Positions 19,990-29,413 of a stretch of 41,471 bases of DNA are shown here, piece after piece. The notes under the pieces are model-generated. The model was not told the DNA's origin. It worked only from the letters and a program-made list of their open reading frames with translations, and did not search any database. The stretch's first letter is position 1; every line of letters starts with the position of its first letter. The position numbers and the translations under genes are program-made. Source of the stretch: an uncultured bacterium (lineage in GTDB: Bacteria > SAR324 > NAC60-12). The stretch covers positions 1 to 41,471 of the forward strand of contig CAXGMD010000020.1 of the NCBI GenBank assembly GCA_964010765.1, written 5' to 3'.

Positions 19990-20311
19990 GACTACTACTC
20001 TTCGATCCATCAGAAAATTTTGGAGAGCTACTTTATTTATAATAGGGGCTTTCCACCTCTCAGCCTGCAAAACGCAGAACAACCCAATCTCTCACCCCTA
20101 TTATCATGAATACCCGACTACACAGGAAGAAAGGGTTACTGAAATTTGTAACCACGTTGCAGCTTCACATTTTGTGGTAGAAAAACGCATGGTTTACTTC
20201 AGGAAAGCAGGTACAAAAGATGATATCAACATGCCTCACTACAACACCGCATTACCCGATGGATACTACTTCTGTAGCAATATTTTACTCCCAAAATCTC
20301 ATCTTGAGTAA
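19976..20311 (+). CDS. Small hypothetical lipoprotein
   Basis: Basic then hydrophobic N-terminus with lipobox LSAC; fills the gap before the convergent gene. Confidence 0.5.
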   Translation: MSISETTTLRSIRKFWRATLFIIGAFHLSACKTQNNPISHPYYHEYPTTQEERVTEICNHVAASHFVVEKRMVYFRKAGTKDDINMPHYNTALPDGYYFCSNILLPKSHLE

Positions 20312-20316
20312 GACTC

Positions 20317-22272
20317 TCATTTCTGAAGCTCAGGAATATTTCTGAAATACTCCAAGGCCTCTGGATTTGCCAAGGCTTCCTGACTTTTTACAGGCAAATT
20401 GTGAACGACTGCTCGAACAGCCAACTCCACGATCTTACCACTTAATGTTCTGGGCAAAGCAGCAACTGAAACAATCACCTCTGGAACATGTCTTGGGGTG
20501 GTATTCTGCTTGATTCGCCGACGTAACTGATCTTTCAATTCGACAGTTAGTTCTTGTTCCTCTTTCATGACGACAAACAAAACTACTCTCACATCGTTAT
20601 TCTTATCCTGCCCAATTGCTAAAGCCTCAAGGATCTCTTCAAAGGTTTCCACTTGTCTGTAAATTTCTGCGGTGCCGATTCGGACTCCTCCAGGATTGAG
20701 GACTGCATCTGAGCGACCATGAATGACAAATCCATCTTGGGCTGTTCTTTCAGCATAGTCCCCGTGCGTCCAGACCCCCTCAAATCTTTCAAAATAGGCT
20801 GAACGATATCTTTTTTGTTCTGGATCATCCCAGAAACCAATTGGCATAGCAGGAAAAGGTTTGGTACAAACCAATTCGCCTTTTTGTTCCTGAACTGGTT
20901 TTCCCTCTTCATCAAAAATGTCAACCGCCAACCCAAGGCCAGCACTCTGAAGTTGGCCCCGATAGACTGACCTGACAGGACAACTAAGCATAAAGCAGGA
21001 CACAATATCAGTACCACCTGAGATTGAACCTAGAAGAGCTTCGGCTTTTAATTTGCTATACACATAATCAAAAGATTCATGAGCTAGTGGAGAGCCTGTT
21101 GAAAGAATTGCTCTTAACTTCAATAATTTCATATTCTGGGGAGTCTGCCATTTTTGTTTTTCTAAGGCTGAAATGTATTTTGCGCTGGTGCCAAAAATAG
21201 CCCAATCATCATGTTCACACATTTCCCAGAGCGTCTTCGCTCCTCTTGAAAAAGGAGACCCGTCATAAAGAACAATTGTAGCTTTTGATGCAAGGCCAGC
21301 AATCAGCCAATTCCACATCATCCACCCGCACGTGGTGTAGAAAAAAAGCCTTTCATTAACTCTTAAATCTACGTGATATTGATGCTCCTTCACCAATTGA
21401 ATGAGGGATCCCCCATGACTATGCAGAATACATTTTGGCTTACCAGTCGTACCTGAACTGTAGAGAATAAAAGCCGGATGCAGAAATGGAGTGTCTTCAA
21501 AAAATAATTCAGTACCCAAAGGTGCTGGCTCAGGAAAATGAAGCGATGTTAAGTTTAGCTTCGAAAACTCAGTCCCCGCTAAAGCCTCTGTACCAGGGAA
21601 ATGAATGAGATGTGTGACGGACGGTAGTTCCTGACAGATCTCGATTATCCTTTGAGTGAGATCAATCGGCTTTTTATTGTAGCGAACCGAGCAACCTGCA
21701 ACGATCACCTTCGGTTTTGTTTGCCCAAACCGATCAAGCATCCCCTGTACACCAAAGTCTGGAGAACAAGAGGTCCAGATCGCTCCCAAAGAAAGGGTTG
21801 CCAAAGCTGCAATTACAGCTTCAAGGCCATTGGCCACATAACCACCAACCACGTCTGAAGCCATCACACCAGCTTCCCTAAGTATCTGCTGAAAACTAGC
21901 AACATTTGCTCTCAATTCCCCCCAGCTCAATTCTCTGCGAAGACCTGTTTCATCATGAGAGATTATGGCAATTGCCTCATCAGCTTGGTCGTGGTTCAGG
22001 CAGTTTTTTGCAAAATTGATCTTTCCTTTTGGGAAAAATTTTGCTCCGGGCATCAACTGGGGCTTTACCAAAGCTACTTCCCCTTGAACTCCCTGAAGTC
22101 CCATGTCCTCCCAAATTGTTCGCCAAAAAATTTCTTGATTTTCTATACTGAACTTATGCAGTTCTCTGTAATCATTCAGATTGATAGAATTTTCAGTGCA
22201 GATTCGTTTTCGCAATTGCTCTATTCGACTTTGTAGAACAAATTCTGGTGATGGACTCCAGATTGGATTCAT
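20317..22272 (-). CDS. Acetoacetate--CoA ligase (acetoacetyl-CoA synthetase)
   Basis: WTSCSPDFG, ILYSSGTTGKPKCI.H, TTCGWMMWNWL, SISGGTDIVSCF, WTHGDY, GRSDAVLNPGGVRIGTAEIY, PRTLSGKIVE. Confidence 0.95.
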   Translation of the reverse strand: MNPIWSPSPEFVLQSRIEQLRKRICTENSINLNDYRELHKFSIENQEIFWRTIWEDMGLQGVQGEVALVKPQLMPGAKFFPKGKINFAKNCLNHDQADEAIAIISHDETGLRRELSWGELRANVASFQQILREAGVMASDVVGGYVANGLEAVIAALATLSLGAIWTSCSPDFGVQGMLDRFGQTKPKVIVAGCSVRYNKKPIDLTQRIIEICQELPSVTHLIHFPGTEALAGTEFSKLNLTSLHFPEPAPLGTELFFEDTPFLHPAFILYSSGTTGKPKCILHSHGGSLIQLVKEHQYHVDLRVNERLFFYTTCGWMMWNWLIAGLASKATIVLYDGSPFSRGAKTLWEMCEHDDWAIFGTSAKYISALEKQKWQTPQNMKLLKLRAILSTGSPLAHESFDYVYSKLKAEALLGSISGGTDIVSCFMLSCPVRSVYRGQLQSAGLGLAVDIFDEEGKPVQEQKGELVCTKPFPAMPIGFWDDPEQKRYRSAYFERFEGVWTHGDYAERTAQDGFVIHGRSDAVLNPGGVRIGTAEIYRQVETFEEILEALAIGQDKNNDVRVVLFVVMKEEQELTVELKDQLRRRIKQNTTPRHVPEVIVSVAALPRTLSGKIVELAVRAVVHNLPVKSQEALANPEALEYFRNIPELQK

Positions 22273-22400
22273 TTTCTTCTCTCTGAATTAAATTTAATAA
22301 ATAATTTCAGATTTTTATTTACAAGATTATTCCTGAAAAAAATGTGTTTTTTCACTTAAATTTAATCAAGCTCCGAGAAATCACAAATCTAAGAATTGAT

Positions 22401-23225
22401 ATGTACCAAATTTCAGAGACCTTAGCAGGAATATGGAAAACTGCTGTTGATGATCCAGATTGCCAGATCATTGCCTTAACTGGGGCAGGTATTTCAGCAG
22501 AAAGTGGGATTCCCACTTTTCGAGGAGAAGATGGTTACTGGAAAATTGGATCGATGAATTACACGCCAATGGAAATGGCGACAGTTGAGAAATTTCGCAA
22601 CTATCCATGGGAGGTTTGGCATTGGTATCTGACCCGAATTTATAAGCATCGTTCAGCTCAACCAAATGATGGACATCGAGCTTTAGTGGAACTTGAGAAG
22701 CTTCTCGGTGAAAGATTTCAATTGATTACCCAAAACGTAGATGGCCTCCATCTCAAAGCAGGCAATAGTCCTGAAAAAGTCTACGAAATCCATGGCAATT
22801 TGAATTATATGCGCATCTTTGATTCAAGCAGGCCAAGTTTGCTGCCAATGCCAGATTTTGTTGAAGAACTTGATCCGAAGGAGCCTCTACCTGAAGAGGT
22901 AAAATCTAAACTCTGTGACGAAGCAGGGAATCTGATGCGGCCACACGTTCTTTGGTTTGATGAAATATACAATGAGGAACTGTACCGGAGTGAAAGTGCT
23001 TTAAAAGCTGCACGGGAGGCAGATCTTCTATTAACCATCGGAACCACCGGAGCTACTTCACTTCCAGCTGTGATCCTCAAAACTGTTGCTCAGAATGGAG
23101 GAACGATCATTGACATCAATCCTGAAGTAACTTGGTTCTCCGATTATGCGATGATCTCCGGTGGTTACCACCTGAAGGGCCCAAGCGGTGTTTTCTTGCC
23201 AAAGCTAATGAAACTTGTCGGGTGA
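22401..23225 (+). CDS. cobB: NAD-dependent protein deacylase, Sir2/CobB family
   Basis: LTGAGISAESGIPTFRG, ITQNVDGLH, EIHGN, RPHVLWFDE, IGT, DINP; ATG 22401 preferred. Confidence 0.88.
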   Translation: MYQISETLAGIWKTAVDDPDCQIIALTGAGISAESGIPTFRGEDGYWKIGSMNYTPMEMATVEKFRNYPWEVWHWYLTRIYKHRSAQPNDGHRALVELEKLLGERFQLITQNVDGLHLKAGNSPEKVYEIHGNLNYMRIFDSSRPSLLPMPDFVEELDPKEPLPEEVKSKLCDEAGNLMRPHVLWFDEIYNEELYRSESALKAAREADLLLTIGTTGATSLPAVILKTVAQNGGTIIDINPEVTWFSDYAMISGGYHLKGPSGVFLPKLMKLVG

Positions 23226-24435
23226 GCAAACATGCTCTTTCTCGCTTGCTAGAATGCTTTTGTTTGCTGGCAAGTGCATCCTGAATTTCAATAATGACCT
23301 GTTCAGCTGTTTCAACTCTGAGGTGACGCCAAAGAATGCTCTTTGTGATTCTTTGCCTGCGAAAACCAAGGGCCCATGCAGAATGCTGACGTACCAGTTC
23401 TTCCTCGTCTCTTAGGCCTATTAGCAGACCAGATATGGCTTGCGGGTGAGAACAAGCACTCAATGCGGTCACAACGTTTCTAAGTAAACCCCTTCGCTTC
23501 GTACGTTTGACCGCACTTTTTCTGAACTGCTTCGAAAATTCCTCTTGGTCTAGGCGAACCCAATCCCAGAGTTTTCGATCTCTTAGACCATTTCGAGCCT
23601 TCCAAGTGGAATCAGATGTTTTGGGTGCTTTACGATTCCAAGGGCAGACTTCCTGGCAAATGTCACATCCGAAAATCCAGTTCTGTAGTTTCGACCTATA
23701 CTGCTTTGGGATCGTATTTTTTAATTCAATCGTCAGGTAAGAAAGACAACGTCGTGCATCCACTTGTCGATCAGAGACGATTGCTCCAGTCGGACAAGCT
23801 TCAATACAACGAGTACAAGATCCACAATCAATCCCTGAAAAAGGCTGATCAGGAGAGATTTTTGAGTCAATTAAAACTTCTGCCAGTAACAACCATGATC
23901 CAAGTTTTGGATGAATCAGATTGCTATGCTTTCCAAACCAACCGAATCCAGCTCGCCAAGCCAACTCTCTTTCCAGAAGTGGCCCCGTATCGACATAGAC
24001 ACGTGTCTGCTCAAAACCTGAAGCCAGCCCTTCGCTCAAAAGCCACTTTCTAAATTCTTCCAAACGCTCTTTGAGAACCAGATGATAATCATCTCCCATT
24101 GAATAACGACTAAACCGTCCCCTACTTGAATCCTGAAATTTTATCGTCGAGGTGTCATCATGAAAATAATTGCAAGCAACGGAAATGACGGTTTGAGCGC
24201 TTTCCAAGACGTTTTGAGAGGAAGTCTTTTGAGCTGCATGTTTTTGGAGATAGTTCATCTCTCCAGCAAACCCTTCCTCAAGCCACGCTAAATAACTAGA
24301 ATGGGTCAGATTTTTAGAGGCACTGGTAAAGCCAACCCAATCAAAACCAAGCGACAAGCCCTGTTTACGAATCTTTTCTCGAAGTTGAACGTCTACTTCA
24401 TTGAAATTTGGAGCTTCTTTCAAATTCTTATTCAT
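23116..24435 (-). CDS. queG: Epoxyqueuosine reductase
   Basis: MNYL, DYH, VDTGPLLER, GWFGKH, GSWLLLAE, CGSCTRCIEACPT, RCLSYLTIE, FGCDICQEVCPWN; HEAT-repeat tail. Confidence 0.95.
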   Translation of the reverse strand: MNKNLKEAPNFNEVDVQLREKIRKQGLSLGFDWVGFTSASKNLTHSSYLAWLEEGFAGEMNYLQKHAAQKTSSQNVLESAQTVISVACNYFHDDTSTIKFQDSSRGRFSRYSMGDDYHLVLKERLEEFRKWLLSEGLASGFEQTRVYVDTGPLLERELAWRAGFGWFGKHSNLIHPKLGSWLLLAEVLIDSKISPDQPFSGIDCGSCTRCIEACPTGAIVSDRQVDARRCLSYLTIELKNTIPKQYRSKLQNWIFGCDICQEVCPWNRKAPKTSDSTWKARNGLRDRKLWDWVRLDQEEFSKQFRKSAVKRTKRRGLLRNVVTALSACSHPQAISGLLIGLRDEEELVRQHSAWALGFRRQRITKSILWRHLRVETAEQVIIEIQDALASKQKHSSKRERACLLTRQVSLALARKHRLGPSGGNHRRSSHNRRTKLLQD

Positions 24436-24442
24436 TTAACAA

Positions 24443-25609
24443 ATGTTTGATATTTTTTGGTCTTTTGAAGCGTTACTGTTTTTAGGATGCCTACCTTGGT
24501 ACCTGGTGGCCTGGGGGATTTGGCTGTCTTTAAAACACGTTCAGAGTCTCCCCGCAATCTCATCAGATGGAGATAGAAGTTACCCTAAGTTAAGTGTAAT
24601 CATCGCTGCTCGAAACGAGGCCGATACAGTTAAAAATGCATTGAAATCGGTTTTAGCCCAAAAGTATCCAAACCTTGAGATCATCTTGGTTAATGATCGA
24701 TCGACAGATGGAACTGATGAAATTTTGGCAAAACTTGCTGAAAAAGATCCGAGAGTCTCGATTCACCATGTTGAAGAATTGCCTTCTGGGTGGCTTGGGA
24801 AAGTGCATGCCATGCACCAAGGTTTCTTCAGATCCACGGGTGAATGGTTGTTATTCACTGATGCGGACGTGCATTTCGAAAAAGGATGTATAGATCGGAT
24901 CATTGACGTAGCTGAAAGAAGCTCAGTCGATTATCTTTGCGTCGTACCCGAAGTACAAGCACGACAAAGCCTTTTGAGAGCTCTCTACACCGTTTCCCTC
25001 AGCGGTTTTTTTCTCGCTACTAGAATTTGGGAGGTCAAAAACCAAAAAGCCTTTGTGGGAGTAGGAGCTTGTGGCCTTGTCCGGCGTTCTCAATTGGCAA
25101 AAAGTCCTGGTCTTTCATGGCTCAAAATGGAGGTTGTAGACGACTTAGCATTGGCTCAGTTGATATGGCAGACTGAGGGTAAACTTGATGTCTACTGGGG
25201 ACGCGAGTGCGTCGGGGTCGAGTGGTATCCAAGTCTGGGAGATTTGATCAGAGGACTCGAGAAAAATTTATTTGCTGGTGCCCAATATCAATATTGGCGA
25301 GCATTCCTGGGAATCAATGGAATCCTGTTTGTTGCTGTTGCTCCTTGGCTTTCTATTCTTTCTGGAAATTGGTTGTTAAGTCTCGCTGCTATTGGGGCTT
25401 TTTCAGGATATTGGCTGGCTTGGATCTCTGGAGATAAAGCCCAAGGGTTCGGGTGGTTGGAGCGGCTTATCAGTCCATTACTCCTTTTCGTGATCGCATG
25501 GGCCTTAGCCTGTTCCACTTTTAGAACATGGCGACAGGGGGGTATACAATGGCGAGAGACTTTTTATTCCATTGCAGCCTTGAGACGCGGACAGAGATTA
25601 AAATTCTAG
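24443..25609 (+). CDS. Membrane GT2 glycosyltransferase (CrtQ/HpnB/CruC-like)
   Basis: AARNEA, NDRSTDGT, LPSGWLGK, FTDADV, VVDDLALA; N- and C-terminal TM helices. Confidence 0.85.
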   Translation: MFDIFWSFEALLFLGCLPWYLVAWGIWLSLKHVQSLPAISSDGDRSYPKLSVIIAARNEADTVKNALKSVLAQKYPNLEIILVNDRSTDGTDEILAKLAEKDPRVSIHHVEELPSGWLGKVHAMHQGFFRSTGEWLLFTDADVHFEKGCIDRIIDVAERSSVDYLCVVPEVQARQSLLRALYTVSLSGFFLATRIWEVKNQKAFVGVGACGLVRRSQLAKSPGLSWLKMEVVDDLALAQLIWQTEGKLDVYWGRECVGVEWYPSLGDLIRGLEKNLFAGAQYQYWRAFLGINGILFVAVAPWLSILSGNWLLSLAAIGAFSGYWLAWISGDKAQGFGWLERLISPLLLFVIAWALACSTFRTWRQGGIQWRETFYSIAALRRGQRLKF

Positions 25610-26511
25610 TTTCCAATTGCTAATTCCGCTTTTATGGTTGGCAGAAGTGCTTTCATTGCCTCATAACCGGCCTGAATAGCAACATCTCTTTCTGCAAAGC
25701 TTAGAAAGTCTTTGGGCTCGAAATACGGCCTTAGTAACCAGTCCGCTTCTGCCAATTCACTCTTGTTGCCGCTACACATTTGCAGTCGAAAAGCCTGTGT
25801 AGTGGTCCAAAATGCATTTTCACTGATAGGATAACCTCTTCCACAAAAGGTATCGATAGCAAGCACTTTGTGGGCTCCAAGTGCCCTGGCAAATCGGACA
25901 GGGACGACAGAGAGCACTCCACCATCCACCCAGATTTCTTGATCAACTTTCACTGGAACAAAAGTACCCGGTATGCTTGATGATGCCTGCACAGCCTCCC
26001 CTGCTTTGCCCTCAACAACGAGAAGTAATTGACTGTCCACTAGTTCAGTGACTGCAACTCCTACCTTTTTTGGGAGTTCACTCAAAAGTTTGTTTCCCAA
26101 GATCTGGTTGATCCAGAAAGCCAGTTTTCTACCTTGAATCAAGCCTTTCAGGCTAAGAACCGGATCCGTAACATCCCACCTTTCAAGCTTGATCATTTCC
26201 TGCTGTATTTGCTGAAGAGGAAGCTCAGAGGCATACAAAACGGCAGCGATGGCACCAGCTGAGGTTCCGGTCACAATCTCTGCCTGAATCCCTGCTTCTT
26301 CTAGCGCCTGAATCACCCCAAGATGGACAAATCCCCGCACTCCACCACCACCAAAGGCGATTCCTAGTTTTACTGACTTGTTATCTTGGGGAGGATAAAT
26401 TTCCTGGATTTCTTCTAGGGTTTTCCCTTTGAGTGAGTCGTATCGATTATCTTGAACACACCCAGTCCAAAATAGCGCTAGACTCAAGAAAAGCAGGATG
26501 TTCAGTCGCAT
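25606..26511 (-). CDS. Patatin-like phospholipase, probable lipoprotein
   Basis: GGGGVRG, GTSAG, DGG motifs; lipobox-like FWTGC. Confidence 0.9.
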   Translation of the reverse strand: MRLNILLFLSLALFWTGCVQDNRYDSLKGKTLEEIQEIYPPQDNKSVKLGIAFGGGGVRGFVHLGVIQALEEAGIQAEIVTGTSAGAIAAVLYASELPLQQIQQEMIKLERWDVTDPVLSLKGLIQGRKLAFWINQILGNKLLSELPKKVGVAVTELVDSQLLLVVEGKAGEAVQASSSIPGTFVPVKVDQEIWVDGGVLSVVPVRFARALGAHKVLAIDTFCGRGYPISENAFWTTTQAFRLQMCSGNKSELAEADWLLRPYFEPKDFLSFAERDVAIQAGYEAMKALLPTIKAELAIGN

Positions 26512-26605
26512 GGAATCAATTGATGCTTGAATGTTGGAATTTACGAAACTAACTCAAGCAAGCTTATCAAGGAAGGAGGATGGAGAGAAGTTTTGGGTTT
26601 TTAAA

Positions 26606-27655
26606 TCAGATTCTTTCTCCGGTTTGATTCGAAAACAAGAAGCATTTGCTAGCTTCAAACTGTACCCCAACAGCTTCATCGATATTTATTTTGAATTCTT
26701 TAGGGCCTCGTATCGTTAGCCGATCTGGCCCAACGTTGATGGTGGTCAAAGTCGATTCACCTGTTAACTCATGGGCGTAAACTGTTCCCTGAAGAACTCC
26801 TTTTTGAGCAGCACACAAAATTAAATCTTCAGGACGAATTCCAAGAGTTGCTTCTTCCAGGTTTGCTTCGTGGTTGATAGAGATTGAAAAATTTGGATGC
26901 TGAAAGTTGTTATCGTGAAGTTTTCCTTTCATTAAATTCATTGGTGGAGATCCAATAAATCCTGCTACGAAAAGATTTGCAGGATCATTGTAGATTTCTT
27001 CAGGTGGTCCCAGCTGCGAAATGATTCCATGATCCATCACTGCTACACGATCCGCCAGAGTCATTGCTTCAATTTGATCGTGTGTTACATAAACAGTTGT
27101 GATCTTCAGTTCATGCTGCAAATGCTTCAGTTCCGCACGCATTGTCACACGAAGTTTGGCATCAAGATTCGAAAGAGGCTCATCCATCAGAAAAACTGTT
27201 GGAGTCCTGACTATTGCTCTGGCCAAGGCAACTCTTTGACGTTGACCTCCGGAAAGTTCTCTGGGCTTGCGTTCAAGCAAATGATCCAATTGAACTTTTT
27301 CAGCAGCTTGCCGCACTTTTTCTGAATGCAGAGACTTGGGAACTTTACGGACTTTCAGTGGGTAGCGAATATTTTCATAAACGGACAGATGTGGATACAA
27401 ACCGTAGTTCTGGAAGACCATTGCTACATCACGATCCTTTGGAAGGTCGTCATTGACTTTACGATCACCAATAAAAACCTCTCCAAGGGTTGGTTCTTCG
27501 AGGCCGGCAATCATTCTCATCGTGGTTGTTTTGCCACATCCTGAGGGCCCCAACAGCACCAAAAATTCCTGATCCTCAATCAATAGGCTCAGATCTCTGA
27601 CTGCAACAAATTCATTCCAGCGCTTCGTAATACCTTTTAAGGTCACAGATGCCAT
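26606..27655 (-). CDS. CUT1 sugar ABC transporter ATP-binding protein (MalK/UgpC-like)
   Basis: GPSGCGKT, VFQNY, LSGGQRQR, DEPLSNLDAKLR, VTHDQ, FIGSPPMN. Confidence 0.95.
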   Translation of the reverse strand: MASVTLKGITKRWNEFVAVRDLSLLIEDQEFLVLLGPSGCGKTTTMRMIAGLEEPTLGEVFIGDRKVNDDLPKDRDVAMVFQNYGLYPHLSVYENIRYPLKVRKVPKSLHSEKVRQAAEKVQLDHLLERKPRELSGGQRQRVALARAIVRTPTVFLMDEPLSNLDAKLRVTMRAELKHLQHELKITTVYVTHDQIEAMTLADRVAVMDHGIISQLGPPEEIYNDPANLFVAGFIGSPPMNLMKGKLHDNNFQHPNFSISINHEANLEEATLGIRPEDLILCAAQKGVLQGTVYAHELTGESTLTTINVGPDRLTIRGPKEFKINIDEAVGVQFEASKCFLFSNQTGERI

Positions 27656-27668
27656 CAGTAAGTCCTAC

Positions 27669-28496
27669 TTATCTCACTGCGCCAAGGGTCATACCTTGGA
27701 CAAAATGTTTCTGGATGATCATTGCCAACCCAAACATTGGCAGCATGATTAGAATGCCAGCCGCAGAAATGAGATGCCACAGGACGCCCTCCTCAGCGTG
27801 AAAAAGTGATAAGCCCACCGGCATCGTAACCGCCTTACTATTAGTAATGATCACAGCGAAAAGAAATTCATTCCAAGCCAGAATGAAACAGAAAATTGCT
27901 GCCGTTAAGATTCCAGGCAAAGCCATGGGCAAAACAATATTCCAAATCACCTGAAGTCGACTCGAACCATCAACTAGGGCAGCTTCCTCAGTATCCAAAG
28001 GGATGCCATCAATGAATCCTTTGATCATCCAAATAGCAAAGGGGAGGATCAACGACAAATTAACTAGGACTAAGGCAAGCCTTGTATCCAGCAAACCCAA
28101 ATCTCTAAACAGAAGAAAGTAGGGAAGCACAATCACGACAGCTGGTACAAACTGAGTAGATAAGATCATCAGGAACATCGTGCGCTCGAATCTCAGCCGA
28201 AATCTTGAGAAGCTGTAAGCTGCCATTGTTGCCATTGGAATGGCAACAATAACGGTTGTTCCGGCAACTAGTGTGGAGTTGAGAAGTTTTTCGTGGAGAT
28301 TGTATGGGGAACGGAAAATTTCGTTGAAGTTGGCAAGTGTTGGAGTGAAGAGAAGCTTGAGTTGGAAAACATCAACTTGTTGTTTGAAAGCCCCGGAGGC
28401 AATCCAATAAATTGGAACGAGGATAACTACCGCTGCGCAAAGAATTAGCGCAAATTGAAAAAGATCCGCTACTTGTTTTCTAATTGAGTTGCCCAT
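27669..28496 (-). CDS. Carbohydrate ABC transporter permease (MalG-like)
   Basis: Six TM helices; EAA loop EEAALVDG; AWNEFLFA. Confidence 0.93.
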   Translation of the reverse strand: MGNSIRKQVADLFQFALILCAAVVILVPIYWIASGAFKQQVDVFQLKLLFTPTLANFNEIFRSPYNLHEKLLNSTLVAGTTVIVAIPMATMAAYSFSRFRLRFERTMFLMILSTQFVPAVVIVLPYFLLFRDLGLLDTRLALVLVNLSLILPFAIWMIKGFIDGIPLDTEEAALVDGSSRLQVIWNIVLPMALPGILTAAIFCFILAWNEFLFAVIITNSKAVTMPVGLSLFHAEEGVLWHLISAAGILIMLPMFGLAMIIQKHFVQGMTLGAVR

Positions 28497-29401
28497 CAGC
28501 GTTTCAGGAAAACAAGTTTCATGTAAAGCCAGGTCAACCCTAGCATTGGAATCACCAAAAGATAGGAAACTGCTGAGGCATAGCCCATATCATAATACTT
28601 GAACCCGTGGAAATAGATGTAATGAGCCAGAGTTTGGGTGGCATTACCTGGCCCTCCATTAGTCAACATGTAGACCTGATCAAACATCTTCAGGGAGAAA
28701 ATACTCTTCAGAATAATCCCCACTGCCAGAACGGGTATCAGAGCTGGCAAAGTAACATCTACAAATACTCTCCAACTGGAAGCTCCATCAATCATTGCCG
28801 CTTCTTGTGCGTCCCGGGGCACGTTAGCCAACCCTCCTATGAATACAAGCGTCAAATAGGGTGTCCAATGCCAAACGTCACTACCAATAATTGCAATCAG
28901 AGCGAAGGTAGGGTCTCCAAGCCAATCCACATCTGCCAGACCCGGCACTACGGCACCAAAGACAGCCTGAAACAAGCCAAAATCAGGTTGGAACATGAAC
29001 CGCCAAGAAATTCCAATCAGCGCAGGACTCATGGCAAATGGAAGAATGAGCAGTGTCCTCACAGTCAATCTGAACTTGCCTCCTGGAGCAAGCAGAAGAG
29101 CCAACCCCAAAGCCAAACCGACAGACACAATTACTGAAGCGAACATAAAAGTGGTTGTGACCTGCACGGAATTCCAGAGTAGGTCATCTTCTAGGGCTCG
29201 CTGGTAATTCTCTAAGAGGTAGGGCCAGGTTTCCCAGCCATCAAATTCTGGTTCCCAGAGAGGTCTCGACTCACGAGCTCGACTGAGTTTCCATTCTCGA
29301 AAGCTGAGCCAGAATGATTGGAGCAACGGCCAAAAGGACGTAACCAACACCAACACCAATGCCGGTAAAACGAATAGGTATTTAAGGTGTCGGTCACGCA
29401 T
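28496..29401 (-). CDS. Carbohydrate ABC transporter permease (MalF/UgpA-like)
   Basis: WHWTPY, EAAMIDGAS, FDQVYMLTNGGPG, GYASA. Confidence 0.93.
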   Translation of the reverse strand: MRDRHLKYLFVLPALVLVLVTSFWPLLQSFWLSFREWKLSRARESRPLWEPEFDGWETWPYLLENYQRALEDDLLWNSVQVTTTFMFASVIVSVGLALGLALLLAPGGKFRLTVRTLLILPFAMSPALIGISWRFMFQPDFGLFQAVFGAVVPGLADVDWLGDPTFALIAIIGSDVWHWTPYLTLVFIGGLANVPRDAQEAAMIDGASSWRVFVDVTLPALIPVLAVGIILKSIFSLKMFDQVYMLTNGGPGNATQTLAHYIYFHGFKYYDMGYASAVSYLLVIPMLGLTWLYMKLVFLKR

Positions 29402-29413
29402 TTTCAGACCGAA

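Noticed and set aside
22401..26511. Sir2 plus patatin as an anti-phage system (Thoeris, CBASS, DSR)
   Set aside because: The sirtuin is a CobB-type deacylase and the patatin an exported lipoprotein; they are separated by queG and GT2, and no cyclase, TIR or other defence genes are present.
26524..26560. Imperfect hairpin TGCTTGA...TCAAGCA downstream of the leftward ABC operon as a terminator
   Set aside because: Bulged stem, large loop and no U-tract on the minus strand.
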